Origin: Eledone cirrhosa
Taxonomy: Eukaryota
Direction of reading: 5' to 3'
DNA length: 64,000 nucleotides
Assembly: GCA_964016885.1 (NCBI GenBank)
Contig: OZ024740.1
Span: forward strand, 226,858,001 to 226,922,000
The translations under genes were made by a program, and so were the position numbers. Below are positions 1 to 14,248 of the stretch, piece by piece; the first letter of the stretch is position 1, and each line of letters opens with the position of its first letter. The notes beneath the pieces were generated by a model. The model did not search any database. It worked only from the letters and a program-made list of their open reading frames with translations, and had not been told where the DNA came from.

Positions 1-2011
1 GAGTGTGTATGCACGTGAGAGTGTGTATGTGTGTGTGTATGTGTACGTGAGGGTGTGGAGCAAAGAGTCAAACAAAAAAATACACTGACAAAAGAGGGAA
101 TTTAGGTTTTAAAATATTTATACAATGCTTGGAATAAATACTTTGCCTGTTGAAAATTAAGTGCAATTGAATTGTGTAGCATAAGCTATTTTTGTTGGTT
201 ATTTCTTTATCGATTTGATCAGAGGTTCCCAAACTTATTTTGTGGCAGAACCATTATTTGTTCCCCTCACTCCAGCATATGTATATTTTATATACAATGA
301 CTACACCCCAAATTTTAGAATGTTTCTGGGTTCTTTTTAATTAATTCTAAGAATTACTGATTTTGAGTGGTCTGAGTGAAGTATACAACATGTGGGATGA
401 GGGAAAGGGACATAAATGAGTCAAGAGTACTTGAGTGTAGGAGGCATATGACTGGCCAACTCTATAGAACAATATTTATATTTCAAAGGGATTAGAAAAA
501 TACTTTCCCAAATCTGTTCCATAATCTGCTAAATCAGTGCCCTATTTTGCTAAATAGTTGATGAATAAGGGGATTTGATATTTTTACTCAGTAAGACAGT
601 ATATTATGGATGTTAGAGAATTGGCTAATGATGTTATTGTCATGGTCTGTTACAAGAACTTGAAGTAAACATATTGTTTAAGGGTTTATTTCTCAAAGAA
701 AATTTTAGAAAACCACAGACACTAATCTTTAACATTATATCAGCAAAAGAAAAGAAAAATGTTTTTCTTTATTTGCACACAATAGCTGTTTATGACAGTC
801 CCAAATTTTCCATAATAAAAGTTAGACTTATTCCTGAGACATCATAATTTCAAGTGTGTAGTGAATTTTCACTTCACATCTCTCTCTCTCTCTATCTCTC
901 TCTCACCTACCCCATATATATATACAAAGTGTCTGTACAAATGAATGCAAAACGCAGTCAACACATATTGTGGTAGTTATATATATATATATATATAAAC
1001 AATTTGACTTAGTCCCACGTTTCTTTAAGTTTATTATGCATAAAGATATATTTCTAAATCATCAGATGCCTTGGGTTAATGCATCTGACAATTGAGACAT
1101 ATATCTTTACATCCATAGAACTAATATAAATATATATGTAGAGAAAGAGATTAGGATTTTACCAGTTTTAAACTAGTAAGATCATTATTTAACAGAGTAC
1201 TTGAGATTGGCAAGAGCTCAGCTATTGGGCCCCGACTCTCTATAATATATGTGTATGTATGGGTCTTTAGTCTTGACCCTTATCCATGCAGCAACCATCA
1301 AACAAAAGGATAAATAACTATAACCATTGGAAAAGAGAATACTAAGAATACATAAATACGGAAGAGCTTTAGTTTAAAAGCTTAATCTTTTGCATGCTCT
1401 AGATGAAAAAGTATGCAGAGTTTAGGAATAGTTAGGCGATAACAAAAGTTAGTTATTTAGTTATATAGCAGTGAACTTTTGTTGAAAGTCAGTGGAACTT
1501 TAAAACTACATATATTAGCAATTTGTACTAAAGAAGTTCCATTAAAATCAAAGAATTTTTTTTCTGAATCCGAACATTTTATACTCGCTTTTCTTTGTAT
1601 TCCCTTTTCCATGCTCTTTTCTGTCTTTCACTCAATCCAGGTTCTTTTGGATTCAATTTATTTCATTTATTTACTCATTTCTCTTTGTGTCTATTTATTT
1701 TCCTTCTTGTTTTATTTCCAATTTCATTTATATGCCAGTCTTCAAAAGCAACTAAACCTATAATTTGATTAGACCAATCTTAAAAGATAATTTTTACGAA
1801 GTGAATTTTTACTAGATCTTTGTATTCTTCAACTCTGAACATTTCTCACACTCACACAAACATATAGATACACAACACACATATGCTTATACAGATATAA
1901 ACATACATACACATATACATATACATATATAAAGACATATACACACATACATATGTACATTCTCTACACACATATGCTCATACAGATGTACACATAGATA
2001 CACACATAGAT

Positions 2012-2082
<71 letters not shown>

Positions 2083-2267
2083 CACATACATGTACGTTTC
2101 AACTCTGAACATTGCATACATTTACATAAACATATGTACATGCAACATACATACATATGTACATACACAACACACATGCTTACACAGATATACACATATA
2201 CATATATATATATTTATATATATATACATATATACATATGTACATACAGATTTACACTAACATATAC

Positions 2268-2346
<79 letters not shown>

Positions 2347-2837
2347 GTACACACAGACACATGTATATATATATACACACACATACATATATTCATTTCA
2401 TAGGCTAACGAACATATGTATATACACACAAAACATACACTTATACACACATATATATATATATAAATATACAGACACTGCCAGAAAATAGACACATTTA
2501 ACCAGCAATTATTTTTGCCTAATGCAGACTCTTTAACTTTGTTGATCATTTGCCAAATCAAGAATATGATTCAATTTATTTTTAAAAAGTATTTTATTTG
2601 ATTTTATTTAAGCTTTATTTTATATCAATTTATTACTATTTTATTTTTAAAGGACATATATATATATGTATGTATATATATATATGTATGTATGTATATG
2701 TATGTATATATATATATATGTACATATGTATATATATGTATATATATATGTATATATATACATATATACATATATATATATGTACATATGTGTATATATA
2801 TATATATAAGTATATATATATATGTATATATATATAC

Positions 2838-2931
<94 letters not shown>

Positions 2932-3607
2932 ACACTATAAAAGCACACTTTGATAGCTGTGCTGGGTAGGATAGAATAAAGGAAAAGAGAATCTTTGATA
3001 ACATCATTACTATTATTTTCCTTCTTCTTCTTCTTCTTCTTCTTCTTCTTCTTCTTCTTCTTCTTCTTCTTCTTCTTCCACTGCCACCACTATCATCATC
3101 ATCATTGTCACCACCACCACCGACCATAACCAACTCAATTATCATCATTATTCACCACCTCTACTTCCTCCTCTTCCCCACCACCATCACCATCATCATC
3201 ACTCTCATTGTCACAATAGTGAGATACTGATGGTTGTAGTGGTGCTTGCAATTATCCTTTATTTGATTTTTCTCCTTAATCTCTCTATATCTTCTCCTCT
3301 ACTACCACCATAACCACAACAACATTCTCCACTTCCCCTCACGTCTTTTTTCTTTCTATTTATCTCTCAATTCCCCTTTCTTATGATCTTTGTTAATAAA
3401 TTTATTGTATCTCCTCTTATTTAATAAATACCTAAAAATCCAAATTTCAAAAGAAAATGTAAACAAACAATCGATGAGACAAAATAACCAAGCAAAATTA
3501 ATCTTCTGTGAAAATCTTACAGAAAATTTCAAGCAAAATCAAACAAAAAATATTACCATCTTTGTAATATTTGTAGCTTTTAGATTTTTATATTCTTCAA
3601 AAATATT

Positions 3608-3662
<55 letters not shown>

Positions 3663-3698
3663 ATGTGTGGTGTATATATATATATATGAGTGTGTTTG

Positions 3699-3771
<73 letters not shown>

Positions 3772-3772
3772 T

Positions 3773-3804
<32 letters not shown>

Positions 3805-4509
3805 AGTATATATGTATACACACATATATATATATATATAATGTGTGTATGTATTTGTGGGAATATATATATACATATATGTGTGTGTTTCCATTTTGTA
3901 ACTTTGATACTCAGTTCACTTTGTTTTTCTTGTTAGTTGTTTTAAAAATATTTTCCTTTGTTCATTAATTTTTGCATTTATTTCTAAATTTATTTATTTT
4001 ACCCCGTAGTTTTGCTTTAATCAGAAATGAGGTGTAAATATTAGTAAAATTTGCTACGAAGCTTCTAATATCCTTATTTGTTTTTGTACAATTTAAAGCC
4101 ATTAACTTCAAGACCCAAAATAATATTTGAAATGTTCTCCATTTAGTTGAAGCCAAAATTAATTGTTGCCACATAAACCATGATTATGATCTGATTATGC
4201 TACAGGCATATTTGTGATCTTTGTGAAGGCATGCTGTCTGGTGGTGAAGGTGTTGAGCTTGTAATTGTATGACCACAGGTTTGATTCCCAGACTGGCTAG
4301 CTCATTGTGTCCTTGAGCTAGGCACTTCCTTTCACATTGTTCTAATTCACTGAACTGTATAAGAGTTCAAACTGCAGTTAGTGGTTAATATTATGATGAG
4401 CTGATGTCCCAGCCAGGAGCCATTTTTTTTTTTATCTCAGTCACTTAATGCCACATGAAACCAAGGTACTGACTGATATTGATGCTTCATAGGACTATCA
4501 ATCCATGCT

Positions 4510-4745
4510 TTAGGAGAGAATTGCTGGCAGAATTTATGGGCAAACCATCCAGCAGGCGACCCAGGGGTAGAGCCTGAGGAAGATGGTTGGATAACATCCA
4601 GCTCAAATGGTGTTCCTTGGGGATCAAGCCAGATCAATTGGGGACAGTTGCTTCTAACAGGACCTGCTTAAAGGAATACTTGAGGGCTGTCATCCACAAC
4701 TCTCTCAGGGATAAGTGAGCAAAGAAGAAAAAGAAAAGAGGAAAA
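4510..4745 (+). mobile_element. Degenerate RTE-type LINE 3' end
   Basis: Translates as RRPRGRA*GRWLDNI...LGIKPDQLGTVASNR, then a purine-rich tail. Confidence 0.6.
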
Positions 4746-5654
4746 AGAAAAAAGATAAAGAAAAAGTAAAAAGAAGATTGTTTCCATGGAGTTAAGGGAT
4801 ATTGATTGTACTTGAGAATACTGCAAGCACTGTATTTTATGCACAGAGAGATACAATTTTGGTTGCAGGAAAAAAAAAAAAAAAAAAAAAAGAGCCATTA
4901 TGTTATTTTAAACTGCCTTTTCTATTTGAACACAAAATTCAAAATGTAACAACAATCCTACTAAACATCAGTCATAAACAGAGACTGGAAAATATCTTGA
5001 AATGGATACTCCACAAGTAAGTTAAGTGATTCTTAAATTGGAGGTCCATGAGCTTGTTGTGTCGACAAACTTTCAAAAGCCTGGATCGCCTGGGAAAATT
5101 CTTTAAATGAGTGGGATGAATACTTTGTAGAGAAAATGTAGAGAACTACTGTTTTAGTAATATTCAAGCAGGACCATACCAAAACACACCCACACAGGAT
5201 TTACATATTTGGGCATAACTAAATTTACTGAATAAAAATTAGGACTTCCTTCATAGGGTCAGAACTTACTTAAGGTTTCAGCCATTTTCACTTTTCATCA
5301 TTATCATCCTCATTATATATTTAAGATAATATGATGTTTAAGATAATGTGATGTTTAAGATTATTAAGTTCTGTTGTTTGTACCAGAAGAAAATATTGGC
5401 TTTAAGTATCATAATGTAAATAATGTAAAATAGATTTAATATTTTGAGAAGGTTCCTGTCCAAAATGCCAGAATTCCCTTAATCTTATGACCCATGGCTT
5501 TGTTTTTTTAAAGAAATTGTATTAACTTTTTTTGCTGAATCAGAACATTAGTAATTTCTTCAAACTGTAGTTTTTCTCTTTAGTTTATATATGTTTACAT
5601 TTCAAAATAAAGTGCAATGAGCTAATATATAGAAAGCTTACATAAGAGAGAGAG

Positions 5655-5717
<63 letters not shown>

Positions 5718-5722
5718 GTGAG

Positions 5723-5762
<40 letters not shown>

Positions 5763-7992
5763 TAAAATGATAGAATACTTGTAAGATTGTAAGAATGTAT
5801 GTCTGTCTTCCTTGTACCACTGCTATTAATTACATATACATACATATACAATTGCTTTATTTTGTTCTTTCTGTTGTTAGTGAATCACTGAGATATATAT
5901 TACAGCTCTTCTTTCATAGAAATCTCTCGCAATACTTACATGAAATATCACAGTGTGTGAAATTCAATCTGATAAGTGCTTTCTATTTTTTTATCTTCAA
6001 TTTATGTTTTTACTCTTTTGTTTTTGTCATGGTCTTAAGCTTTTAGATAAATGTGATGGTTGACTCATCCTTTACTGCAAAACAAGATTCTAAAATGATT
6101 TGTTCAATTTCTGCATACTACCTTAGCAGTAATTATCAATACAGTGTCTTCTTCATTGAACTGTAAATATTTACATCAAATAACCATCAATCATGAAATT
6201 AATGATAATCACACCTTTCTTGTTTTCCTTGTGCAATCACTGTAGTTTTTATCTCACAATTTGTTCACAAAGCAGCCATTTAGATGGCAATCTCTCAAGT
6301 CCGTTTATGTTAGCATTTGTTACTGCCATCAATGTTATCTTCCAAAAGCAGCATTTGCACTGCTATTAAAATACGTTTGCTTCAGTTTACAATGTAGTTT
6401 TTATGATAACCTATCAATTTATTTTATCTATGCAGTGCCATCAAATTATTCTTTATGTTTAGTATGCATTCAAGTTCCAACCATTACTTTAAATATAACA
6501 CTGACTTCATTTTAAAATATTTAAAAAAAAAAAATTGTAAATATATATGTATATCATTTATTTTCTATCTAACCCTTTTGATACTGACCTGCTTGAAAAT
6601 GCCTCTAGATTTATTATACAAAATTGCTTCTTTAAAAGTGTTCATATTTAAATTAAAACCTCCTATCATAATTTTATTAAGAACCTTTTGTTAATTAATG
6701 TTCCAAATATTAGCTAACTGAGAAAGTAACACAATATTTCTAAATTACTCTAAATTTTCAATATTTTTAGAATAAATTGAAACACATGAGCTCCATGTTT
6801 CATTGGAAATATAACAAAGACACTAATCTTCTTTATCTTTAGTTGCACTCAAGCAATTTCAAATAATTAACTCCCAAATTAATATATAGGAAATAAGCTA
6901 CATTATGTAAATTTCTAAATTATTAGTGGACTATATCTCTTGATTCCCAAGAAAAACTGCCAATAATCCAGATTTTATGGAAAGTTATTAAATTATTCCT
7001 TTTCTTTTTGTTTCATTTTTCATGTGTATACCATCTTAAGGATCAATATATGCTATGAGTTGATACATAGAAATGTTCAAAGGAAAATTCTTGCAAATTA
7101 CATTCTGAGAGTAAAGAATGTCACATATTGTTGCTAGGTTAAATATTAATATTACAGAAATTAAAACTGCTTGTTAGTATGACCTGATAGTTATATTATA
7201 ATTTCAAGGAATTAATTGCCAGCAGACACAATAATCTGCTAGCTGGAATTGATCTAAAATCAATATAGTCAATATATTCAATAGTTAAAGTCTTCCTGCT
7301 TGCTAGCACATGCATTTTACTCCTCTTTATTAAAATTACTAGTCATATGGTTCAAATGAACAAAATTATTATGCTATGATTTAAGAGGACCAAATTTGCA
7401 TTTGAACTTGTTTTATTTGATTTACATAAATTATTATTAAGTTTTATAGTAAATTTTTTTTTAAAGTATATTCTTCATACTTCCTATTCACTCAGGTGGC
7501 ATTTATACTCCTTAAGCCAAGGGTTCACATCTTTGGCTAAATTTATCCCCGGGAGTTACACTTTTGACTACTTGGAGAGTATATTTGCTGATGCTGTATT
7601 AGTACACATATTTGTAGTTAAAATTAAAACAATCTGAAAAAAAAAATAATAAATTAATTTTTTAAATTTAAATACTAAATTGCTTTACTAGTCATTTTAG
7701 CTTAATGAAGAGTATGAGATTTATTAATCAATATATTCACACTGACAAACTGTATTTGGTTTTAGTATCAGTATAGTTCTTGTTAATTTTCCATACATAA
7801 GTGATATAATATTGTTTTATATTATTATTTGAACATAAAACAGTATTTTAAAATTTTCCCACTGATGGTTATTGTATTGTGATAGAAATGTAAATTCAAT
7901 TTACTAAACAAAATAGGGTAAGAAACAATTTACTTTAGAAAAGTAGGAAGGTATGAGTGATGTCGTTCTTATGCTATCATCTCTTTGAGTCA

Positions 7993-8173
7993 ATAATTGT
8001 TTCTACTTTAGGCACAAGGCCAGCAATTACCCAGTGCATTACTGGTACTTTATTTTATCGACCCCGTAAGGATGAAAGGCAAAGTCAACCTCGGCGGGAT
8101 TTGAACTCAGATCATAAAGGGACGTAACTATGCTGGAAAGCATGGTGTCCGACCCTCTACTGATACTGCCAAT
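7993..8173 (-). mobile_element. SINE, same family, with 12-bp TSD TGAGTCAATAAT
   Basis: TSD at 7986-97 and 8173-84. Confidence 0.9.
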
Positions 8174-8474
8174 GAGTCAATAATGCTAATCAATCACTGA
8201 ATCAATGATAGGTTACTTTTATTTTTTAACTGGTCACAAATTGTTGACTGAGGCTATTCAGGAGTACCATCATCAAGGTTTTAGTCAATTTAATCATCCC
8301 AGCATTTGTTAAGTGTTACTTAATTTGGTGGTATCAGAGGTATGAAATGCAAAGTAAACCTCAAATATTTGCACTCAGAATATAAAGAGATGTGACTAAA
8401 TAACATAAAAACATATCTGCCACTATACTGATTATATCAATGTACCTCAATATATGTATATCAGTAGAAAATGG

Positions 8475-8674
8475 TATAATCAGTGTTTCAAACAAGGGTA
8501 TCAAGGGTCTTGTGGTGGCATGTTATAGTATTTTTCTCTGCTAAACCAGGTGTTAGCTTTTCAGGCCCTTGATACCCTTTAGACTCATCATGTTTGTGAC
8601 AATCATTTACAGTAGCATGCCCTCCCTGACACCGAATTTTTATCACCTGTTATGACACACTGAAACACATTATA
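8475..8674. mobile_element. Small TIR element (hAT-like ends) with internal inverted repeat
   Basis: tataatcagtgtttca ... tgaaacacattata; inner IR aagggtatcaaggg (8494) / cccttgataccctt (8566). Confidence 0.45.
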
Positions 8675-9032
8675 ACTATTTTAAACTGGATACACACAGA
8701 GAAGGTATACATATGTTACATAAAATATATTACCTTGCACCTGTAATAATAATAAAAATATAGTATTTTATCACATGATGCTACATACATACACACATGG
8801 TGAATTTAATGGAGTTGTTTTTTTTTTCTAAAAAATTTATTTTCAATTATTTTCTGCCACTGTCCATCACTTCAATCTTTCTATTTCTGCTTTAATTCCT
8901 CATTCTATTTTCTGAGAAAGGACTAGCATATGAAACGTTAAGACTCTTTCTCTACTATATCAAGTATAAAACTAATAATATACTTCTACATTGTACTGTG
9001 TCATTTTCTCTGTTATTTCTGTTTGCCTTTTG

Positions 9033-9078
<46 letters not shown>

Positions 9079-9708
9079 GAGAGAGTTATAACTAAAAAGC
9101 TCTGTAGCCTACATAGAGCCTTCTCTTTTCCTTTACCTTTCCTACGGAAACACTTCATATATATATATAAACTAAGAGAAGTAAACAAAGTAAAATGTAT
9201 AAGAATGTGTTCTTACTAAAAATATTTGTTTAAAATGAAATTCAAAGAAAGTTTCCAAACTCCAAGAAGCCTTAATCAATAATACAATCTCATTATTTTC
9301 TTCATTCTTCAATCTTCCACATAGAATTTAAATATTTCTCATCCCCCTGTGAGCATATATGTATTCTGTATAACTCTATAACTGAATGACAATATATTGT
9401 ATTTTTTCTCAAGTTGTAGTTGTATATCAATATGTATATTTCGTGTACATCAGTAGCAGGTTTTTTTTATACATCAGCAATGTGTATATTATTCAACATA
9501 TATGAATGTATGTATATATATATATAGAGAGAGAGAGATATATATAAATGGGTATCATATATATTAGGTATTATAATTATATATATATATATATGGGTTT
9601 TTATATATATATAATACCCATATATACGTATGATATAATACATATGGGTATTATATGTGCACACATATATATATATATATATGTAGGTATGATGTAATAC
9701 ATATGGGC

Positions 9709-9750
<42 letters not shown>

Positions 9751-11553
9751 TGTGATATATATATGTGTGTATGTATATACATATCATACCCATCTGTTCT
9801 ATTTGTACCCCTTTTGAATACACATCAAAGGAATATGTATCAAAAAGAGAAATGAGGGATTTCTATAAAAGTTAATACTCTTTTTCTTTGAGAATGTTTT
9901 TATTCTTATATATTCAAACACAGATTTATTCAAATCTTCAAACACAAATTATCTTTTTTTTTCTCATTTCTATTATTGAAAATACCAAATAAAAATTATT
10001 AAAAATGATGCTTTATTAAATATTTTTATCTTTTTCAGTAAAAGTTAAGGACTACTCATTTTATAATAATGGAATTTGATATGTTACTTCTGCAATAGTT
10101 TAAAGTATAATAATCCTTTGAGTAGGAAATATTTGGTATTATTTTCTCAGACAGGATAATTCTATAGAATTTGATTTCTTTCTTAGATGTGGAAACAGAT
10201 TAAGCCATTCTCCCCAATACCCTTTTCCATACTTTTATGACAGTGAAATAATTCCATGGATTTATCTTTAAATATAGCTTTAAGTTAAAGTGTATATAAA
10301 ATAAAGCATTTATTCAAAAGCATTTAGCTATATGTATAGTTTTATTTGGAAAAGATTGATAATAGTTTGAGGGATGTGAACTAAAATTCACCCCAAATAT
10401 CGGAACAAAAGAAAAAGTCCTAATTGAAGAGTGTTGTTAAATACTAAGAAAGAGCCAAGTTGATTACTTCTGTCTATGGAAATGGGACATATTGGCTTTG
10501 TAACATCTCATACCACTGTCAACTACTGATTATACTTTCTTTACTGCTTTATCATTCTCATCATTGTCATTATTTTCCACTCATTCACTTTCTTGTGCTA
10601 GCATGGTTGAAATGGGTCTCTTTAATTGGTTTGCTCAACTTAGTCATGTTTTAAGCTATTCACTCTATCAATCCCATATCTCTAAAATTGGTCCTAATTG
10701 CCTGATTCCATGTTTTTGCAAGCCAACTGCAACTCTAATTGCCTCTGACCAGCAAACAATGATGTTTGTTTGCCCAGTTCACATTATCTGCTCTTGTCAG
10801 ATACTCATTGAATTGCCATCTATTTTTTCTCTCTTCTACAAATATCACTTGATCAGACCTAATGCCTCCAAATTTACTGAATGTCTAACAAATTATATTC
10901 ATCTTATTTTACATTAAACATTGCTGGGATTTTCAATGCCCTAGTACTATTCTATAATACTACGGTTGGGAAAATATATTTAATGAGTTCCTTGTTGACA
11001 TGTTTCAAAAGTGTATTTACATAAACCAGTCATATTTTTAAATAATCTGTCTATACTTTTATATAACAATCTATGTACATAAACTGAACAAACATTTACA
11101 TATGTAAACGATTTAGAGTTTTAATTAAAGTAAAGTACTTATTTACTAAATCAATCTCAAGTTATATCTTTATATAAATTAGCTACAACTAATTTATAAA
11201 GCAACTTATATACATCAATTCATTCTAAATAAACAAGAAAATAGTGAGAAAAGAACATAAAAGATAATATTTCTAATCTTTGAAATAGATAAAATATTTT
11301 GTTTAGAAACTGACTCGCATTATCTGGGAAATATTTTGCTAATGATTCCCAGTCCCATGCAAGCTGGCAATTGGCCCAGTCCAGTTGAACGATGTAGGCC
11401 TTCCCAAATCTGGTCACTATTTGTAAGCAGAGTATACTGTCATTTAGAAGTACAATATTTGTCTTATAGTTTGCATGATACATCTTTTGGATGCTCTGGG
11501 ATGGATCATCAGTGATGTCCCTGAGGTTGTAGAGAGTTTTGAATCTTTCAACA

Positions 11554-11636
11554 TCAGACACATTTTCCAAGCTGATCTAGCTGGGGGTGATCAAATTCTC
11601 GCTGGTATCTCAGCAGCAACAAGCAGCGGGCCTGTC
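11554..11636 (-). CDS. Candidate terminal coding exon, (G)QARCLLLLRYQREFDHPQLDQLGKCV* in phase 1 (phase 0 would give DRPAACCC*)
   Basis: Acceptor ttgtctttatccaatag|; sharp GC step at the boundary; microsatellite-free surroundings about 9900-13100. Frame and strand uncertain. Confidence 0.4.
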
Positions 11637-13170
11637 CTATTGGATAAAGACAATATTTGTCTTAATAAATAAGTTTATTTACTTTTGCAATCAGTACACC
11701 CTATTTCTGTACCCGCAGAAGACAATTCGAATGAATCCTGTGTGGATGTCTTTGTATTCAACAGTTATTTTTAACTCTAAATCAAATGGAATGTCTGTAT
11801 AAATGTTTACTTAAATCTTAGCTAAGTAAATTGGTTTCAAAAGCTTAAATTGCTTTCAAAATTACCTTTCATATTTTTATTTCATTGACTGTAGCTATTT
11901 CAGGTTTCAACAACCTAGGAATTAGAAATAAAGAGATGTTACATAAATAAAAAAATTAGCAAAGAAAATGAAGAAAAATTAGACAGAAAAGAATTAAGAC
12001 GCTGCATTTTTCTTTGTAGCTTTTTCGTTGTTGTTCTTTTTGTGATTTAGAATTCAAACTTTCTATAGCAATTTGTTGTATCCAAAGAATAATTGTTAAT
12101 CCTTCAGAGATAACAGTATACTATAAATATCAGTTTAGATATTAGGTATTCCAATTTATTCCTTTCACATTTGCTTAAAACTATTTTTTCTGATTTGTGG
12201 TGCCATTGTTGTTTAATCTTCATTATTCATCCCCCAGAGATTTTATTCCAGCAAAATAAACTGCCTCCTAATCTCAAATCAGCCACTGAAAGAATCATTA
12301 AGTTCCATGGCTGTCATTTAAAAATCAATTTGCCAACATAATGCATAATATTGCTACAAGACATCTCAAAATACAGTAAGGAACCCAAGTGACATCGAAG
12401 TAGTGCCAAATGATCAGTTTGGTATATTTATTCAAGAAAAGAGCTTCTATACATTTTCAATAGAAAGAGGAAGAAAAAATTCTATACATTTTCACTCAGA
12501 AAGTGGAGAAAAAAATTCCACAGAACTAAATGCAGGTTACTCTGTAAACAAATTTCTTTATTATTATGTTACATGAGAGAGAGAGAGAAAACACAATTGA
12601 GCACATTCTAGAAAATAATTTGATAAAAGTTTAAATTGAAACAAAAAATTATTTCATTTAAATCCTTTTTCTATAAGGAAGAATTTTTTTTAATGGGTGT
12701 GTTTAATATTTATACTAAAATTACCTGTTGTGGATATTTTAGAACAGAAGATAAATTTATTACCCTAGCTGAATATTTTAGATATAATGTGGAAGAATAA
12801 AATAAGATAAACATTTGGAAATTTATAAATTTTTCTTGCTATATTGAAACGTTATTCAAAAAGTAACATTAATGTTCAAACATGAAAATAATATAAACAT
12901 GTTATAAATTGAAAACATGATTAAGAAATATATATTTTAAAATGTTAGGATTTTTTAATTGTTATCTTAGTTTTAAATAAAATTTCTTCAATCTTAATCA
13001 AATTTCTAGCAAAGAAAAATATTCTTTTCATATATATTTTATTCCGGATAGATCTTTTCTAAGAAGGAGAAGCAAGCAAAAGAATTTCAGTTTGTAAGAC
13101 TGCAAATATTTCAGTTACTTGATTTAAAATCCTGTGTTTGCAGGGATATATATATATATATGTGTGTGTG

Positions 13171-13281
<111 letters not shown>

Positions 13282-14197
13282 TATATATATATATATATAT
13301 ATACATACATGTGTGTGTGTGTAAATATATATATATATATCCAGCCTAATACTAAAAAATATAAAAGATACTAACAAGTCAACTTTGTTCTATAATATAA
13401 TTTAACACAACATTTCAGGAATAACATTATTTATTTTATCCTAAGTAATTTATGTTATTAAATTGATTACTATGGAAAATAAAGACATCATTCAATTTTC
13501 TACAAAGATGTTAAAAAAAGATTTCCCTCCTTTCAGATTTGTTCAAATAAAAATATAAACATCTATTGTTTTGTTTCCCCTTACCCTACACCTTAAAATT
13601 GTTTCCAGTTCAGATGAGGTTAGTGTTTGTATTGTATATTCTGATTTCATTTTCCAGAAAAGAACTGCTATTGTAAGGCTAAAATTTCTATAAATTCCAA
13701 AAGTAGAGACGAAATTCTGTAGTATTAAAAACTTTTTATAAAAGTACAAGAACAGCAGATTATTCCAAAGAATAGTATCATCTTGTGTGATAGCATAAAA
13801 GCTTCTATATACTCTTTCATTCTTCTCACAGTAACTATTTGTATTAAAAATAGAATGTTTTTTTATATATATTTTTGACAATGTGTTCAAATACAATAAA
13901 CACAGAATCTTAAAACTGAGAAAAGAATTTTTCAAACTTATAGGGTTCACTTGTGTCTAAATAAATTAGACTACTCTACTTGTTACTCTTCCCACTACAA
14001 AAAAATATGACTTATTGTTTACCTCAAAGTTTCATATGAGAATAACTATTACACAGTACATACACACATATACAATTTGACTGTGATTTTAAGATTTATT
14101 TATCATGATTTGATATGATTATTTAAAAAACTTCTAAAAAAATGTTCGAAAACTAAACATTTTTATAAATAACATGTTTTATTCTATTTTCTTATAG

Positions 14198-14248
14198 GTA
14201 AGTATCCATTAGAAAAACGTCAAACTAAAGTCATTTACAGAAATCCAG
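14198..14248 (+). CDS. Candidate 51-nt symmetric phase-1 exon (G)KYPLEKRQTKVIYRNP, or recursive splice site
   Basis: ttttattctattttcttatag|GTAAGT...AAATCCAG|gtaagt; length divisible by 3; only phase 1 is stop-free. Confidence 0.4.

Noticed and set aside
8905-8950. ctgagaa...gaaacgtta degenerate hammerhead-like remnant
   Set aside because: Core G8 lost and stem II does not pair; the fragment at 39061-39085 is likewise truncated.
11220-11570. 116-aa minus ORF and overlapping 65-aa plus ORF as standalone genes
   Set aside because: TTG start or short length, no recognisable homology; kept only as alternative readings of the island.
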